Assembly (NCBI GenBank): GCA_964016885.1
Contig: OZ024743.1
Span: 224,440,001 to 224,504,000 of the forward strand
Reading direction: 5' to 3'
DNA from: Eledone cirrhosa
Lineage: Eukaryota
DNA: 64,000 bases
Below the pieces are notes generated by a model that was not told the origin of the DNA, did no database searches, and worked only from the letters and a program-made list of their open reading frames with translations. Made by a program: the position numbers and the translations under genes. Of the stretch, positions 53,449 to 64,000 are shown one piece after another (position 1 is the stretch's first letter; each line of letters starts with the position of its first letter).

Positions 53449-53823
53449 TATTGATAGTATTTTAAGTTCATACCACTTCCATTTCTTTCTACTGTAATAA
53501 TTTGTAAAGCCTTTGCTTTTGAGAATATATATTATATAATTGACGTCATTCTCGTAAATAGAGAAGAAACCGGAATGTTTTTCTCCGAAAGTTCCTTATA
53601 CTCTGAAGAAGGAAATTTTAAGTCCCGAATATTAGGACGAAAGAAACAACAGCAACAACAAAAAACAAAACAAAACAAAGATTACCAGGTAACTTTTATG
53701 TTACCTTCATCTTACAGTCCATTTTGCATTGTTTAGCCTTATATCACTTTTCACATTATATATTATATACAATGCTTCAAGCAAACAACATTTTATAATG
53801 TTATTTAGTTCCAACTAGATAAT

Positions 53824-54038
53824 GGTTTCTTATATAGGCACAAGGCCAGCAATTTGGGGGGAGGGGGAAGTCGATTAAATCGACCCCAGTGCGTGACTGG
53901 TACTTTATTTTATCGACCCCGCAAGGATGAAAGGCAAAGTTAACCTTGGCGGGATATTAACTCAGAATATAAAGGGCCGTAATTCTATGCTGCAAAGCAT
54001 GGCGTCCGACCCTCTACCGATACTGTTAATCCACCGCT
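53824..54038 (-). mobile_element. SINE family A, longer variant
   Basis: Same head and core, with an extra gggtcgatttaatcgacttcccc segment; flanked by the direct repeat gttccaacta. Confidence 0.88.
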
Positions 54039-55863
54039 CTTGTTCCAACTAAATAATATTAACTAAAACTAACTTGCCCGTTTCACCCAACCACCAATGG
54101 TAATGATATTTCCTGAGCCTAAATTCTTTATAAATAAAGTTTCTTGAAAATAAACAAAATAAAGTCAGTTTATAAGTTCCTAATTTTATGGATGTTTTAC
54201 AAACACCTCTTTTGGCGCCAAACACTTGCTACAGTGCTCTTTCATAGCAAACAACTTTTTTTTTTAAACACTAACCTTGTTCTTCCTGTTTCTGCAGAAA
54301 TGGTACATAAACTAGATTCTTATCGTCACAGAGGAAAAACTTTGTAAGATGAAATAAAAAAAAAAATCCACACAACATAATAGTTAAGAGATAAACAGTA
54401 ATAATAATAATAAGAACCGTGAGTTATGCTGGTGATGGTGGTGATGGTGATGATGATGATGATAAACAAGCTAGACTATTGTCATGAAGAAGGTTAAGGA
54501 ACTGAAATATGATGATTTACAAGTGGTAAGTATAAACTGTCTCCATTAAATGAAAGTGAGACTGGTCACAAAACATACAGAAGACAGACCATACACGCAC
54601 AGTGTGTGTATATATATATATGTATATATAATAAATATATGTAATTATATTATACATACATACACATTATACACACGCATATATTTAATACGCACATATC
54701 GAAATTGCTTTATTTAGTTCAAAGTACATATCTTTATTGGTTACTAAGCTCTTATATACACATATACTCACGCGTTAAAATGACAAAATGAAAGAAAAAT
54801 GATGAGGGGGGTTGGGTGGACAAGGTAAAAACAAAATACAAGAAATAGCAGTCAACTAACTTTTAATGACAACAACAACGAAAGAAAAAATAGGAGAGGT
54901 TAAATTCTATAACCTTGGCTAGGTGGTTAATCTCAGCTGTATCCTGCATCGAATAGTAGCTATTGAACAGTTGCACCAGCCATTCACCTCACGAGATCTT
55001 TCCTCGTGTGTGATGCTTTCCTACAAACTTGGCAGAGTAAGGGAGCAGTTCAGGAACCAAGGAGACACACAAAAAATTAGAATACACAGCAAACTCACCA
55101 ATTTTACATATCAAAGCTGCTTGGCACAAGTAATTGGGATTGAAAAGTTATACATACAAGTATTAAATTAAAAAATTCTAACCATCTTAAAACTAAAACG
55201 CCCAGCTGATGGCACAAATAAATTGCTACTGTCGTCGCTGGTGAGCCCCCCCCATTAAATCCGGCTCTGCTTTCCTTTGTCTTTGTAAACAACACAAACA
55301 AGAAGACAACGTAGTTGTAACTGCTGTTTTTAGTACTCAGCAACGTTAGATCTGTTAGTGTTAATATATTTAATATAAGGAAGATTAAAGCATATGCACT
55401 CATTCATTACACACATACACATACATTGAGATCAGCTCGTGGGTGGTGTGTTCAAATACACTGCAGACGTTTAGTTATTTTGGAAGGCAAAGTTTGTGGA
55501 ATGCTCAGCTACTTGTCTGATTATTTCACGAGCAAGTTGTTCAGTTGATCGAATTACCTGGAACACTCGTCGTCGGAACCAACGGTAGTCTAACAAGTAC
55601 TAGTGAAATTGCGGAAGCCACGCAGCCAAGTGGCTTAAAATGTTTATCGCATGCAGTTTACTAAGCTATTGAAAATAGGTAGTTATTTGAAGAATGTTCC
55701 TGGTGAGAAATTGAGATTTATCGCTCATCCACTTAACGAGGAGGGTGAAATTTGGTAGATATAAACGGGAGAAGGGAGGCATTGAAATTTATATTGACGT
55801 CGGTTTACAACACTCTTGGGTGACATCTATTCCTCCACTGAGTATATCATATATATATATATA

Positions 55864-56211
55864 TACAAATAGTGAAAACAATGAAATTAAACAAAAAAAC
55901 GGTTAATTCGTAGTAAAACTTTTAAAGTTTTACTATGAATTAACCGTTTTTTGTTTAATTTCATTGTTTTCACTCTGTATCCAATGAATTATATCGTTGA
56001 AATTTTGTATTTATGGTAGGGTCTAAGCCGTATGAAGAACTCAATGTAATCCGTATGTAGAAGATGTCGTGAAGCAAAGTTTAAAATACAAAATTTCAAC
56101 GATATAATTCATTGGATACAGAGTCAAAAATACAAATAGTGAAAACAATGAAATTAAACAAAAAACGGTTCAGCTCGGACTGTTAATGGTTATACGGAAC
56201 AGGAAGAACAA
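55864..56211. repeat. Compound foldback element within (TA)n
   Basis: Near-perfect palindrome 55871-55974, second inverted pair 55972-56012 / 56084-56124, and a direct copy of the first arm at 56131-56170. Confidence 0.9.
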
Positions 56212-56239
56212 TATATATATATATATATGTGTAAATGAT

Positions 56240-56540
56240 ATTTTATTTACAATTGTATAAATAGCATTACAAATTATTTATAATTTTTAAAGAATGAAAA
56301 TAGACACAAATAATATATACAATACTTAACAAATATATAAGATTAAACAAAACGACCATCAATTCACCACCAAGTGTTACAATCGGCCGCACATCATGAG
56401 GGTCAACGGAACACTTTGAAGTAAGACATCGCGCTCGCGATATTACCACGGGTGATGGCGAGGCTAAGGCATTGAAACACCCTAACGAGCCGCCATCGAT
56501 GACAAGAACTTTGCTTCACTCGGCATCACTGCTACCACGG
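56240..56540 (-). mobile_element. CRE-clade 3' end fragment
   Basis: Minus strand encodes FQCLSLAITRGNIASAMSYFK, homologous to FQRISLAITRGNAASVLACFK near 30690-30750. Confidence 0.75.
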
Positions 56541-56983
56541 CAAATGAAATGTGAAATTAGTTCGATATTTATACAAGCTAACTTGAAGATGAGTGGTTGG
56601 GGTGTTCAGCTCACGGTGGTAAGGCCATGAATTCAATTGCGAGCGGTACGTTGTGTCCTCGAGCCGAATCTTCCAGAAAACTAAGCAAAGGGTAGACATG
56701 TCTGTGGATTGCTCAGCTACTTGCACGATAATTTCCCGAGCAGGTTGAACAGTTTATAGAACCACTGGCGGTGATCCAACAAGAACGATGGAAATTGTGG
56801 AAGCCACGCAGCCTAGTGGCTAGAATGTTTATCTCATGTTTACAAGGTTATGGATTTCGATCCCCAAAACAAGCAACGTATTGCGTCCTTCAGGAAGATA
56901 CTTTATTTCCCGTTGCTCCAGTCTAGTCTGTTGAGAATGAGTACCAATAGGAGCCAGAGTTAACTAAGTGAATAATGAGCCTA

Positions 56984-57402
56984 CAGGGTGGTACGAAAGT
57001 CTTGTCACATATTGTTTAAACTTTCATTGTTTTAATGATATAATATATATCATTAATTAGAATATATAATTAACTTTGCCTTTCATCCTTACGGGGTCGA
57101 TAAAATAAAGTACCAGTAATACACTGGATAATTGCTGGCCTTGTGCCTAACGTAGAAACAATTAATTAGAATATATAATAATAATAATATAATTTTCTCT
57201 TTCAAAGCTCCTACAGTTTGGAAGAGAGGCAGCTTGCAAGTGTATGGACACATGATCGTGTGCATTCTGGCAAGAACATGGAGGATGTGCGATATGACTT
57301 CACTGCAAGACTCGGCAAACCAGCTCCTCCGAAGAGGACGATACTGCGATGGGAACATAAACTGTTTCTCATTACTTTTTGGTAGACTTTCGGACCACCC
57401 TG
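56984..57402 (+). mobile_element. Internally deleted Tc1/mariner element with HTH (DUF4817-like) remnant and nested SINE A
   Basis: ta|cagggtggtacgaaagtct ... agactttcggaccaccctg|ta. Encodes ASVWTHDR..GKNMEDVRYDFTARLGKPAPPKRTILRWEHKLF. The SINE at about 57070-57165 has the TSD attaattagaatatataat. Confidence 0.82.
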
Positions 57403-58254
57403 TAGATAGAATCTAGCCTGTTCGTCCATTCCCTGCTAGCATGAGGGGAAAATGAATGTAAAACGATGATGATGATGATGATGAAGTTATAAATTGAGGA
57501 TGCAGTTGACCCTTTGATCATGGAAAATAATATTTTATTTCAAATAGAGAAAAGTAATTGAACTGAAAATTTACAAAAACAACAAAAAGAAAGAAAGAAA
57601 AAACAGAGGCAGCGAGAGAGAGAGAGGGGGGGGGGTATGTGACTCTTGAATAACGTTTAATATTACATTGTTAATTGGACGTTGAACTAACTACTTCAAG
57701 CCTTATTTTTGCGGCCTTTCAATAGTGTCGCTAAAACTTTAGTAGGCCAACTTCTGTGTATTGGGTGTGGTTTACGCTCGCAAACGCATTTCATCCCATA
57801 CAATGTAGTTAATGCCCTCTTTTAGAGGTCAGCTATAGAAACCTTAGTTTGCTTGTTCGAAAGTTATTAGAAACATACACGAAGTCAAGTTTAATTTTAC
57901 AACTGTTGAACAAACAAAAAACAAAACATAACCTTAGCTTCTTTCTGTTCCTTTCCTGACACAAGAATTGAAATGTTTCTTGCATGGCTATATGTATGTA
58001 ATCTAGATGTATATATGCAAAAAAAGTGTTAGTTAATTCATACCAAGCCTTTAAGGAATAATGTGGTATTATATTTGGAAGAATTGTGTATATATGTAGA
58101 GGAGTAATAATAATTAACATTTTGTGTACAGTGCTCAGGTGCACTACAATTCATCAAAGGCGCATGTATAGTACATAGAATAATGTATAAATGTCATGAA
58201 AGTAAACAGTGTATGAGTCATGATATACACACAGACACACACCCAGATACATGC

Positions 58255-58390
58255 GTGCATGTGTATGAAGAGGGAGTACCAGGTGTAGCATAGGTGAATT
58301 TCGGAAAGCATAGAAGTTTTGGAGGATGCAGTGTGCCGACAGCTAACAACTGATACAGGTAGTTTGTTCCATGCTTCAGCAACTCTGGGT
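58255..58390 (-). mobile_element. 3' end fragment of the CR1/L2-type LINE
   Basis: Reverse complement of 35217-35330 (gagttgctgaagcatggaacaaact..ctacacctg). Confidence 0.85.
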
Positions 58391-58807
58391 GTGGGAGAGA
58401 AATAGAGTACGCGTGTGTGCGTGTATGTTTATAATACATGTATATGTACAACCAAACATGCAAGTTCAGTCCATAAAAGAACTAATTAATTACAGAAAAT
58501 TGATTATTTTGATCAGTGATTTCAAGAATATCAAGAATATCGGAGAATAATCGTGATACTAATACAGGTGAAATACTCGGTTTAATTCTTAAACAACCTT
58601 CACTCAACTTCTCGCAAATACTGTTTTTTTTTCTCTTCAGGGATAGAAAATATTTCAGTAACCATTAACTCTTAACCCTCTATAATGGAGGACTGCTCTT
58701 ATATCTGGAATGGTGTTGTTACTACATACACAGGTATTCTAGACCCCTTACATAGAAAGGCCATCCTACTGAATGACCAGAAGTTGCTACCCGACAGCAG
58801 TCGGTAG

Positions 58808-58961
58808 CAGGGTTGGATTTAGACCTTGGGGGGGCCCAGGGCAGTTCAGGTGTTTTAGGGTCTCATACTAAAAACATAGAATTCACCCCCACCCCTCCCC
58901 ATTTTACATATCAAGGTTAGCTTGGAGCAAGTAATTGGTATTGAACAGTTATACATACAGG
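58808..58961 (+). mobile_element. hAT-like MITE 5' part (related 3' part at about 55040-55268)
   Basis: The cagggttggattta start matches the reverse complement of taaatccggctctg (55255-55268). Both share ttacatatcaa..gcttgg..caagtaattgg.attgaa.agttatacataca. Confidence 0.55.
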
Positions 58962-59189
58962 CAGTGGTGGACTGGATCTAAAAATATTGGTTGCCAGGAG
59001 ATGAAGGGGGCCCACTTACATATAGAATGGTATCATTTAATTTTTATAATGAATAAATAACATTTTCGAAAAATACATAAGTGGAAACAAAACAGTACAA
59101 TCAAATTTTGTGGAAAAATATCCCACCTTCTCCAATAAAAAATATGTATTTTGCGAAATCCAGAAACTTTCAATAATGACCAGCAGTCG

Positions 59190-59612
59190 ACCCTAAATAT
59201 AACTAATAGTTCTAGGAAAGCCATGAACGACACCACACGTTTTTAACTTTGATTTTGAAAGTAGGTTTATAATTATCAATTTTCATTATACCTTTGTAGT
59301 TGTTTCGGTGGCCTAATTGGAGGAATCATAGACGATGGTGATCCTGGTCCTGAGTAGGCTTCCCGGTAAACCTTTTCAATTTTTTCTATTGGTTGTAAAA
59401 TAAAAACTAAAAAAGGTTACATGTACCTCTTGACCAAGATTGAGCCCAAGACGAGGATCTCCACCGTCTCTAGTACCTACCGCTAGGCCACAGAGACAAT
59501 TACGAATATCTTATGAAAATTTATACCTATAAACCTACTTTCAAAATTTTCAAAACAAAGTTTTGTGGTGTCGTTCATGTCTTTCTTAATGTTATTGTTC
59601 CTACTTAAGGTT
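59190..59612. mobile_element. Foldback element copy 1 with internal tRNA-like Pol III boxes
   Basis: atgaacgacaccac..ttttgaaagtaggtttata ... tataaacctactttcaaaa..gtggtgtcgttcat. Confidence 0.75.
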
Positions 59613-59862
59613 GAATTCTAAATCATTTGGGTGTTCCATAAACTACATCCTCGTTTTGTTTCACATCTATTTAGAGTATATTTTAACCTGTAATCCATGT
59701 TTCATTTCTGTTGCACCTCACCCACCCCATCTCTCTCTTTTTCTCTGTGATATTTGAATCAACTATAATTTGAGCTTACTTTATTCATATATATATTCAA
59801 ACTTACAATGATTGGCATTATATATATATACATATATTATTTGTTTGCTAAAATAATCAAAT

Positions 59863-60201
59863 CGACACCACATGTTTTAACTTTGATTTTGAAAGTAGGT
59901 TTATAAGTATAAATTTTCATTATACTTTTGTAGCTTCCTCGGTGACCTAGTTGGAGGAATTATAGCCGGTGGTGATTCTGGTCTGAAGTTTGGTAAACCT
60001 TTTCAGCTTTTTTCTATTGGTTGTAAAATAAAAACTGAAAAAAGGTTACGTGTACCTCTTGACCAGGATTGAACCCAAGGCCAGGATCTCCACCGTCTCT
60101 AGTACTTACCGCTAGGCCACAGAGACAATTACGAAAATCTTATGAAAATTCATACTTATAAACCTACTTTCAAAATTTTCAAAACAAAGTGTTGTGGTGT
60201 C
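59863..60201. mobile_element. Foldback element copy 2
   Basis: Direct repeat of 59228-59572; minus-strand A box tggcctagcgg and B box gggttcaatcc at about 60065-60119. Confidence 0.78.
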
Positions 60202-60205
60202 AAAA

Positions 60206-60478
60206 AAGTCTATAGCAGTAGCTTGGGCTGCCTTGAAGTGCCTTTGTCGACGAAGTCTAAAACAGTAGCTTGGGCTGCCTTGAAGTGCCTTTGTCGACGA
60301 AGTCTATAACAGTAGCATGACTGCCTTGAAATGCCTTTGTAGACGAAGTCTATAACAGTAGCTTGGACTGCCTTGAAATGCCTTTGTAGACGAAGTCTAT
60401 AACAGTAGCATGACTGCATTGAAATGCCTTTGTAGACGAAGTCTATAACAGTAGCTTGGCTGCCTTGAAATGCCTTGT
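60206..60478 (+). repeat. 46-47 bp minisatellite, 6 copies
   Basis: Unit aagtctataacagtagcttgggctgccttgaagtgcctttgtcgacg. Confidence 0.95.
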
Positions 60479-61304
60479 TGACTCCACTGAGTCGTAAGAA
60501 AATATCACCTAGGTACGCTAGTTTTGTTCTCTTTTGTTATCAGAAAGTGAAAATGTAAACTTGATTGCTCTATCGTTTCGATTTCTTGAAATCAATTAAC
60601 CCAGTTCATCTTTTACCACTGCAATTCGTGTTTACCACATTACCTCTCCAAAACGCCATCATTCCCTCTTGATACAACAAATGTATTCTTGTGTTTAGAG
60701 GACCTGATTTGAAACAGTTGAACATTATAACAAAATTATCTAGAATGGCTTTGAGAACTGTAACCAGTATCTTCATACATAATACATAAATATAAATACA
60801 CCACGATCGACAGTTGATTCTATCACCAAGAAATCAGATCTATAAACCAGTATTGTAGGAGCTCCATTAGTTGCACAGTCGACTACGATTTTACAAGAAA
60901 ACCTTTCTGTTGCAAAGAAATTAAATACAGCTTTACACAGGTTTTCTCTTTTTGTTGTTCAAGGGTTAACAAAATCAGAATTCTTCTTTGAAATCTGAAC
61001 CCTTTACGTATTTTAGGTACTCAAGCAGCTGAGTATCAGATGATATCTTTCTGGACTCAAAATGAATAGTAAAGATATCCGTTTTGATTTCCGATACTAT
61101 ACTTTATAGCATCTTGCATGTCAGATATATTTCGATGAACATTATCATGTGATAGTAACACAGTATTTACTGACGTCAAATTACTTGACAAGTCATAACA
61201 CCATACGACCCTCTCGGCCGCTTTGGATATTTCCAGAACGCTGTTACACAGCAAAGATATTTAGCGATATATTTATTGATCGCGGGAAATTATTACATAT
61301 TCAA

Positions 61305-61546
61305 AATTCGTAGGATGATGGGAAAACTCAGCGCAAGGAAGCTGTTAAAACAGCAAAACGTCGTCATTGACAATGTCGGGTAAAATTTACCTCAAAGGAT
61401 AGAAATCAGCATCCTCCCGTCCATTTTATTCCTTCCTCCTTTCTTCCTATCACTTCTCCGAGGCAACACACTTCTAGCCACCGATTTCTATCTTTTGAGG
61501 TAAATTTTACTTCCTTGCGCTGAGTTTTCCCATTTTCCTACGAATT
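61305..61546. repeat. Long inverted repeat with asymmetric 39-nt insert
   Basis: aattcgtagga..gggaaaactcagcgcaaggaag[39 nt]taaaatttacctcaaaggatagaaatc, a loop, then gatttctatcttttgaggtaaattttacttccttgcgctgagttttccc..cctacgaatt. Confidence 0.88.
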
Positions 61547-62535
61547 CTAATGCACTCACGTCTCAAACTCGATGTTTATATTATATACTGAATTTAATTA
61601 TATAATTTGCATAAAATTGTAACCCTTTAAGGATCAGTAAAGAGCCACTCATAGTTTCACCCCTTGAGCGACTGCCAAGTCGGTTTTAATGGTAGCGCCG
61701 GCCCTGCATGTTGTGTTATCTCGTTGGCAGTGGGGTAGCAAGACTGTTTGTTCCCCGGAGTGTTCCTTGAATTTGCGGCCGTCCCAAAGAAAAATATTAA
61801 TATTGACCAAAAGTTCCGATCTCACACCCTCCTCTAACTATGTGGATAGGGTCGAAGGTCAAGGGCGCATTTCAATTTTGTTTCAATCTTTTGGGCAGTG
61901 GCTGCGACTTCAATTTTCTTGACATTTCTGCAGCTATTATTTTTTTCCCCTGGCCCACCGAGCATTGTCCGCATAGTCAGTCCACATCAACAACTGTCAA
62001 TCGGGCAAAAATGTGGGTAATGCGAGTAAATGAGGGTAGCCCACCGAAACAAGGTAGGTGCAGTGTGAAGCAGTGAAATGTCAGAATAGACGAAAAAATA
62101 GACCTGCCAGAAATGAGCAACACTACTATTAACCTGGTCTGCTTACATGTGTGTGCATGTATGTGTATGTATGTGTATGTATGTGTATGTGTTCTAGCAT
62201 GTATATGAAGTGTTTTACAGCTCAGTAAAGAAATGATTCAGAATAAAGTAAAAGATAAAAGACAGCTACAGCTACAACAATAACAGCAGTAATTGCTTTG
62301 ATGATAACAATAATAACTACAATGCATGTTAAGACAGTAGCAGTGATATATACACGCAACTTCTCGAATGTACTTTTTAACTTTAATCTACCCTCTGCTC
62401 CACATTCTGTGTTAAAAAGAAATCTTATTTAAAGTGGAATGTGTTTTTATATGACTGATGACTAACGACTAGATTATACCGAGCAACATTAAGACTTGAA
62501 CAGTATGACATTAAATGTACAACTGTTATCAGATA

Positions 62536-62646
<111 letters not shown>

Positions 62647-63329
62647 CGCTACTTGACATTTTAGTTGATAAATTGAAAGGATCGATATTGTTGGCCAATA
62701 CCTGAAGAACTATACACACATATTTATGGAATATATCATGGAAATACAGTTTAATAGAAAAAGAAAAAAACAAAAAAACAAAAAGGAGGGGGTGAAATGA
62801 CAAGCACTCTAGTGTCACAGGAGAATGGGGCGGGGCGAAGGGGGAGGATGATTGAACTCTGGGCCTAGGGTGCAGCGATAGAGGGGCTACGCCCCGCGGA
62901 CAAGAACGCAAAAGCATTCCTGCTGACAATGACCAGCGACACCCGCTGCAACAGCCACCCCACCTCGCGGGGTCTCCTTCCTCAGACGGGCCACCGACGT
63001 TTCGATCTTGCGGAGGAGCTCGACTGTACGGGGGTCAGTACAGGAATTAGAAATGCAGCTTGGAATTTTTTATTTATTTATTTATTTATTTTTTACTATT
63101 TAATCAATTTAATCGGGGATAGAAAGGCAGTGTTTACGACCCTTTTCCGATGCCTCTCATCCTCACCCGTACCTGGCTGGAGGAAGGAAGAAAACTATCC
63201 TCAAACTGGAGACTTATCCCGCATGCTTACAACAGAGTAGACTCTACTAAAGATTCCAAATAGCCAAGTGGAGGTGTTAAACTGGGCGGCAGCTTAACAG
63301 CTACCTAAGTAGACGAAGACGTATTTGAA

Positions 63330-63640
63330 CTCAAACTATATCTATTTACAACCTGTAACTTTTACAAACTATATCATATACAAGCTGTATCCTCTAGAAA
63401 CTGCATCAATCTACAAGTTGTACCCTCTACAATCTGTTCACATTTACAAGCTGAATCCATCTAGAAACTGTATCCTTGTCAAGCTGAATCCATCTCTAAC
63501 TTGTATCTTTTATAAACTGTATTACCTACAAGCTGTATCCAATTATAAGTTATATGCATCAACAACCTGTAGCACCTACACGCTGTATCATCTTAAAGTT
63601 GTGTCAGCTACAAGCTGTATTATCTACTTATTGTATCGGT
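63330..63640 (+). repeat. Highly degenerate tandem repeat built on acaagctgtatc-type subunits
   Basis: Recurring acaagctgtatcc / aaactgtat motifs at roughly 15-30 bp spacing. Confidence 0.7.
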
Positions 63641-63649
63641 ACCACGATC

Positions 63650-63945
63650 TTCTCGTTCTGCGGTGGTAAACCCTTATCTGGAAGGCAGCATGCAACGACA
63701 CCTTCTCCAGCAGCAACCTATTGCATTCGGTGACAGACCCAGGCTTCATTACCTGACAAGCCAAATACTGCAAACTGTCGAAGTATTGGCCGCTCTCCGA
63801 TACGTTTATCGTCGAACTTGTAGCGATGGAGACTTCCGGCGTTCTTGATCCCCGAACTACCTGTCTACTCACTGCTATCGAGGCGGCATTGGCCACCCGC
63901 AGGAGTGGGCACTGCACGTTGGAATGGCTATTTCAACGTATGAGG
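63650..63945 (+). mobile_element. CRE-clade RLE-domain fragment (divergent family)
   Basis: GKPLIWKAACNDTFSSSNLLHS..KLSKY..LSDTFIVELVAMETSGVL..EWLFQRM, homologous to the GRCLVWDVTVSDSFA..KY..AFETFG..WLFQRI segment of the 28.5-31 kb element. Confidence 0.75.
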
Positions 63946-64000
63946 TAGACTCAAGAGGTTTTGAGACTTTTATCAGAGACATTTATTTTATTCAGTTCAA

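Noticed and set aside
60206-60478. CRISPR-like array
   Set aside because: The units are contiguous with no unique spacers, there are no cas genes, and the context is eukaryotic.
62965-63025. Hammerhead on the minus strand (GAAACGTC followed by CTGAGGA)
   Set aside because: The core motifs are present but I could not form stems I and II in the required positions.

Overview
AT-rich animal genomic DNA, most likely a coleoid cephalopod (octopod-type SINE repertoire; inferred, not verified). It is not prokaryotic, and most short ORFs in the supplied track are spurious or transposon debris. The window holds one complete six-exon gene on the + strand, POMP/UMP1 (proteasome maturation protein, 143 aa). 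Its CDS exons are 2349-2351, 23778-23881, 24674-24734, 25317-25418, 28240-28333 and 51572-51639, spread over about 49 kb by two introns of more than 20 kb. A probable first coding exon of a second, divergently transcribed gene with a signal-peptide-like N-terminus lies at 1437-1557 (-), about 0.8 kb from the POMP ATG. The rest is layered mobile DNA: a Penelope-like retroelement with inverted pseudo-LTRs each carrying a degenerate hammerhead ribozyme motif, a near-intact CRE-clade RT+RLE retrotransposon plus two more CRE fragments, a CR1/L2-type LINE, many RTE fragments, several tRNA-derived SINE families, a non-autonomous Helitron, nested TTAA (piggyBac-type) MITEs, Tc1/mariner/pogo MITEs, foldback elements and minisatellites. 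I found no clearly new protein-coding system. The best leads are structural: the foldback elements at 55.9-61.5 kb (one with Pol III boxes), the hammerheads, a SINE/LINE tail partnership and inverted SINE pairs inside the POMP pre-mRNA.
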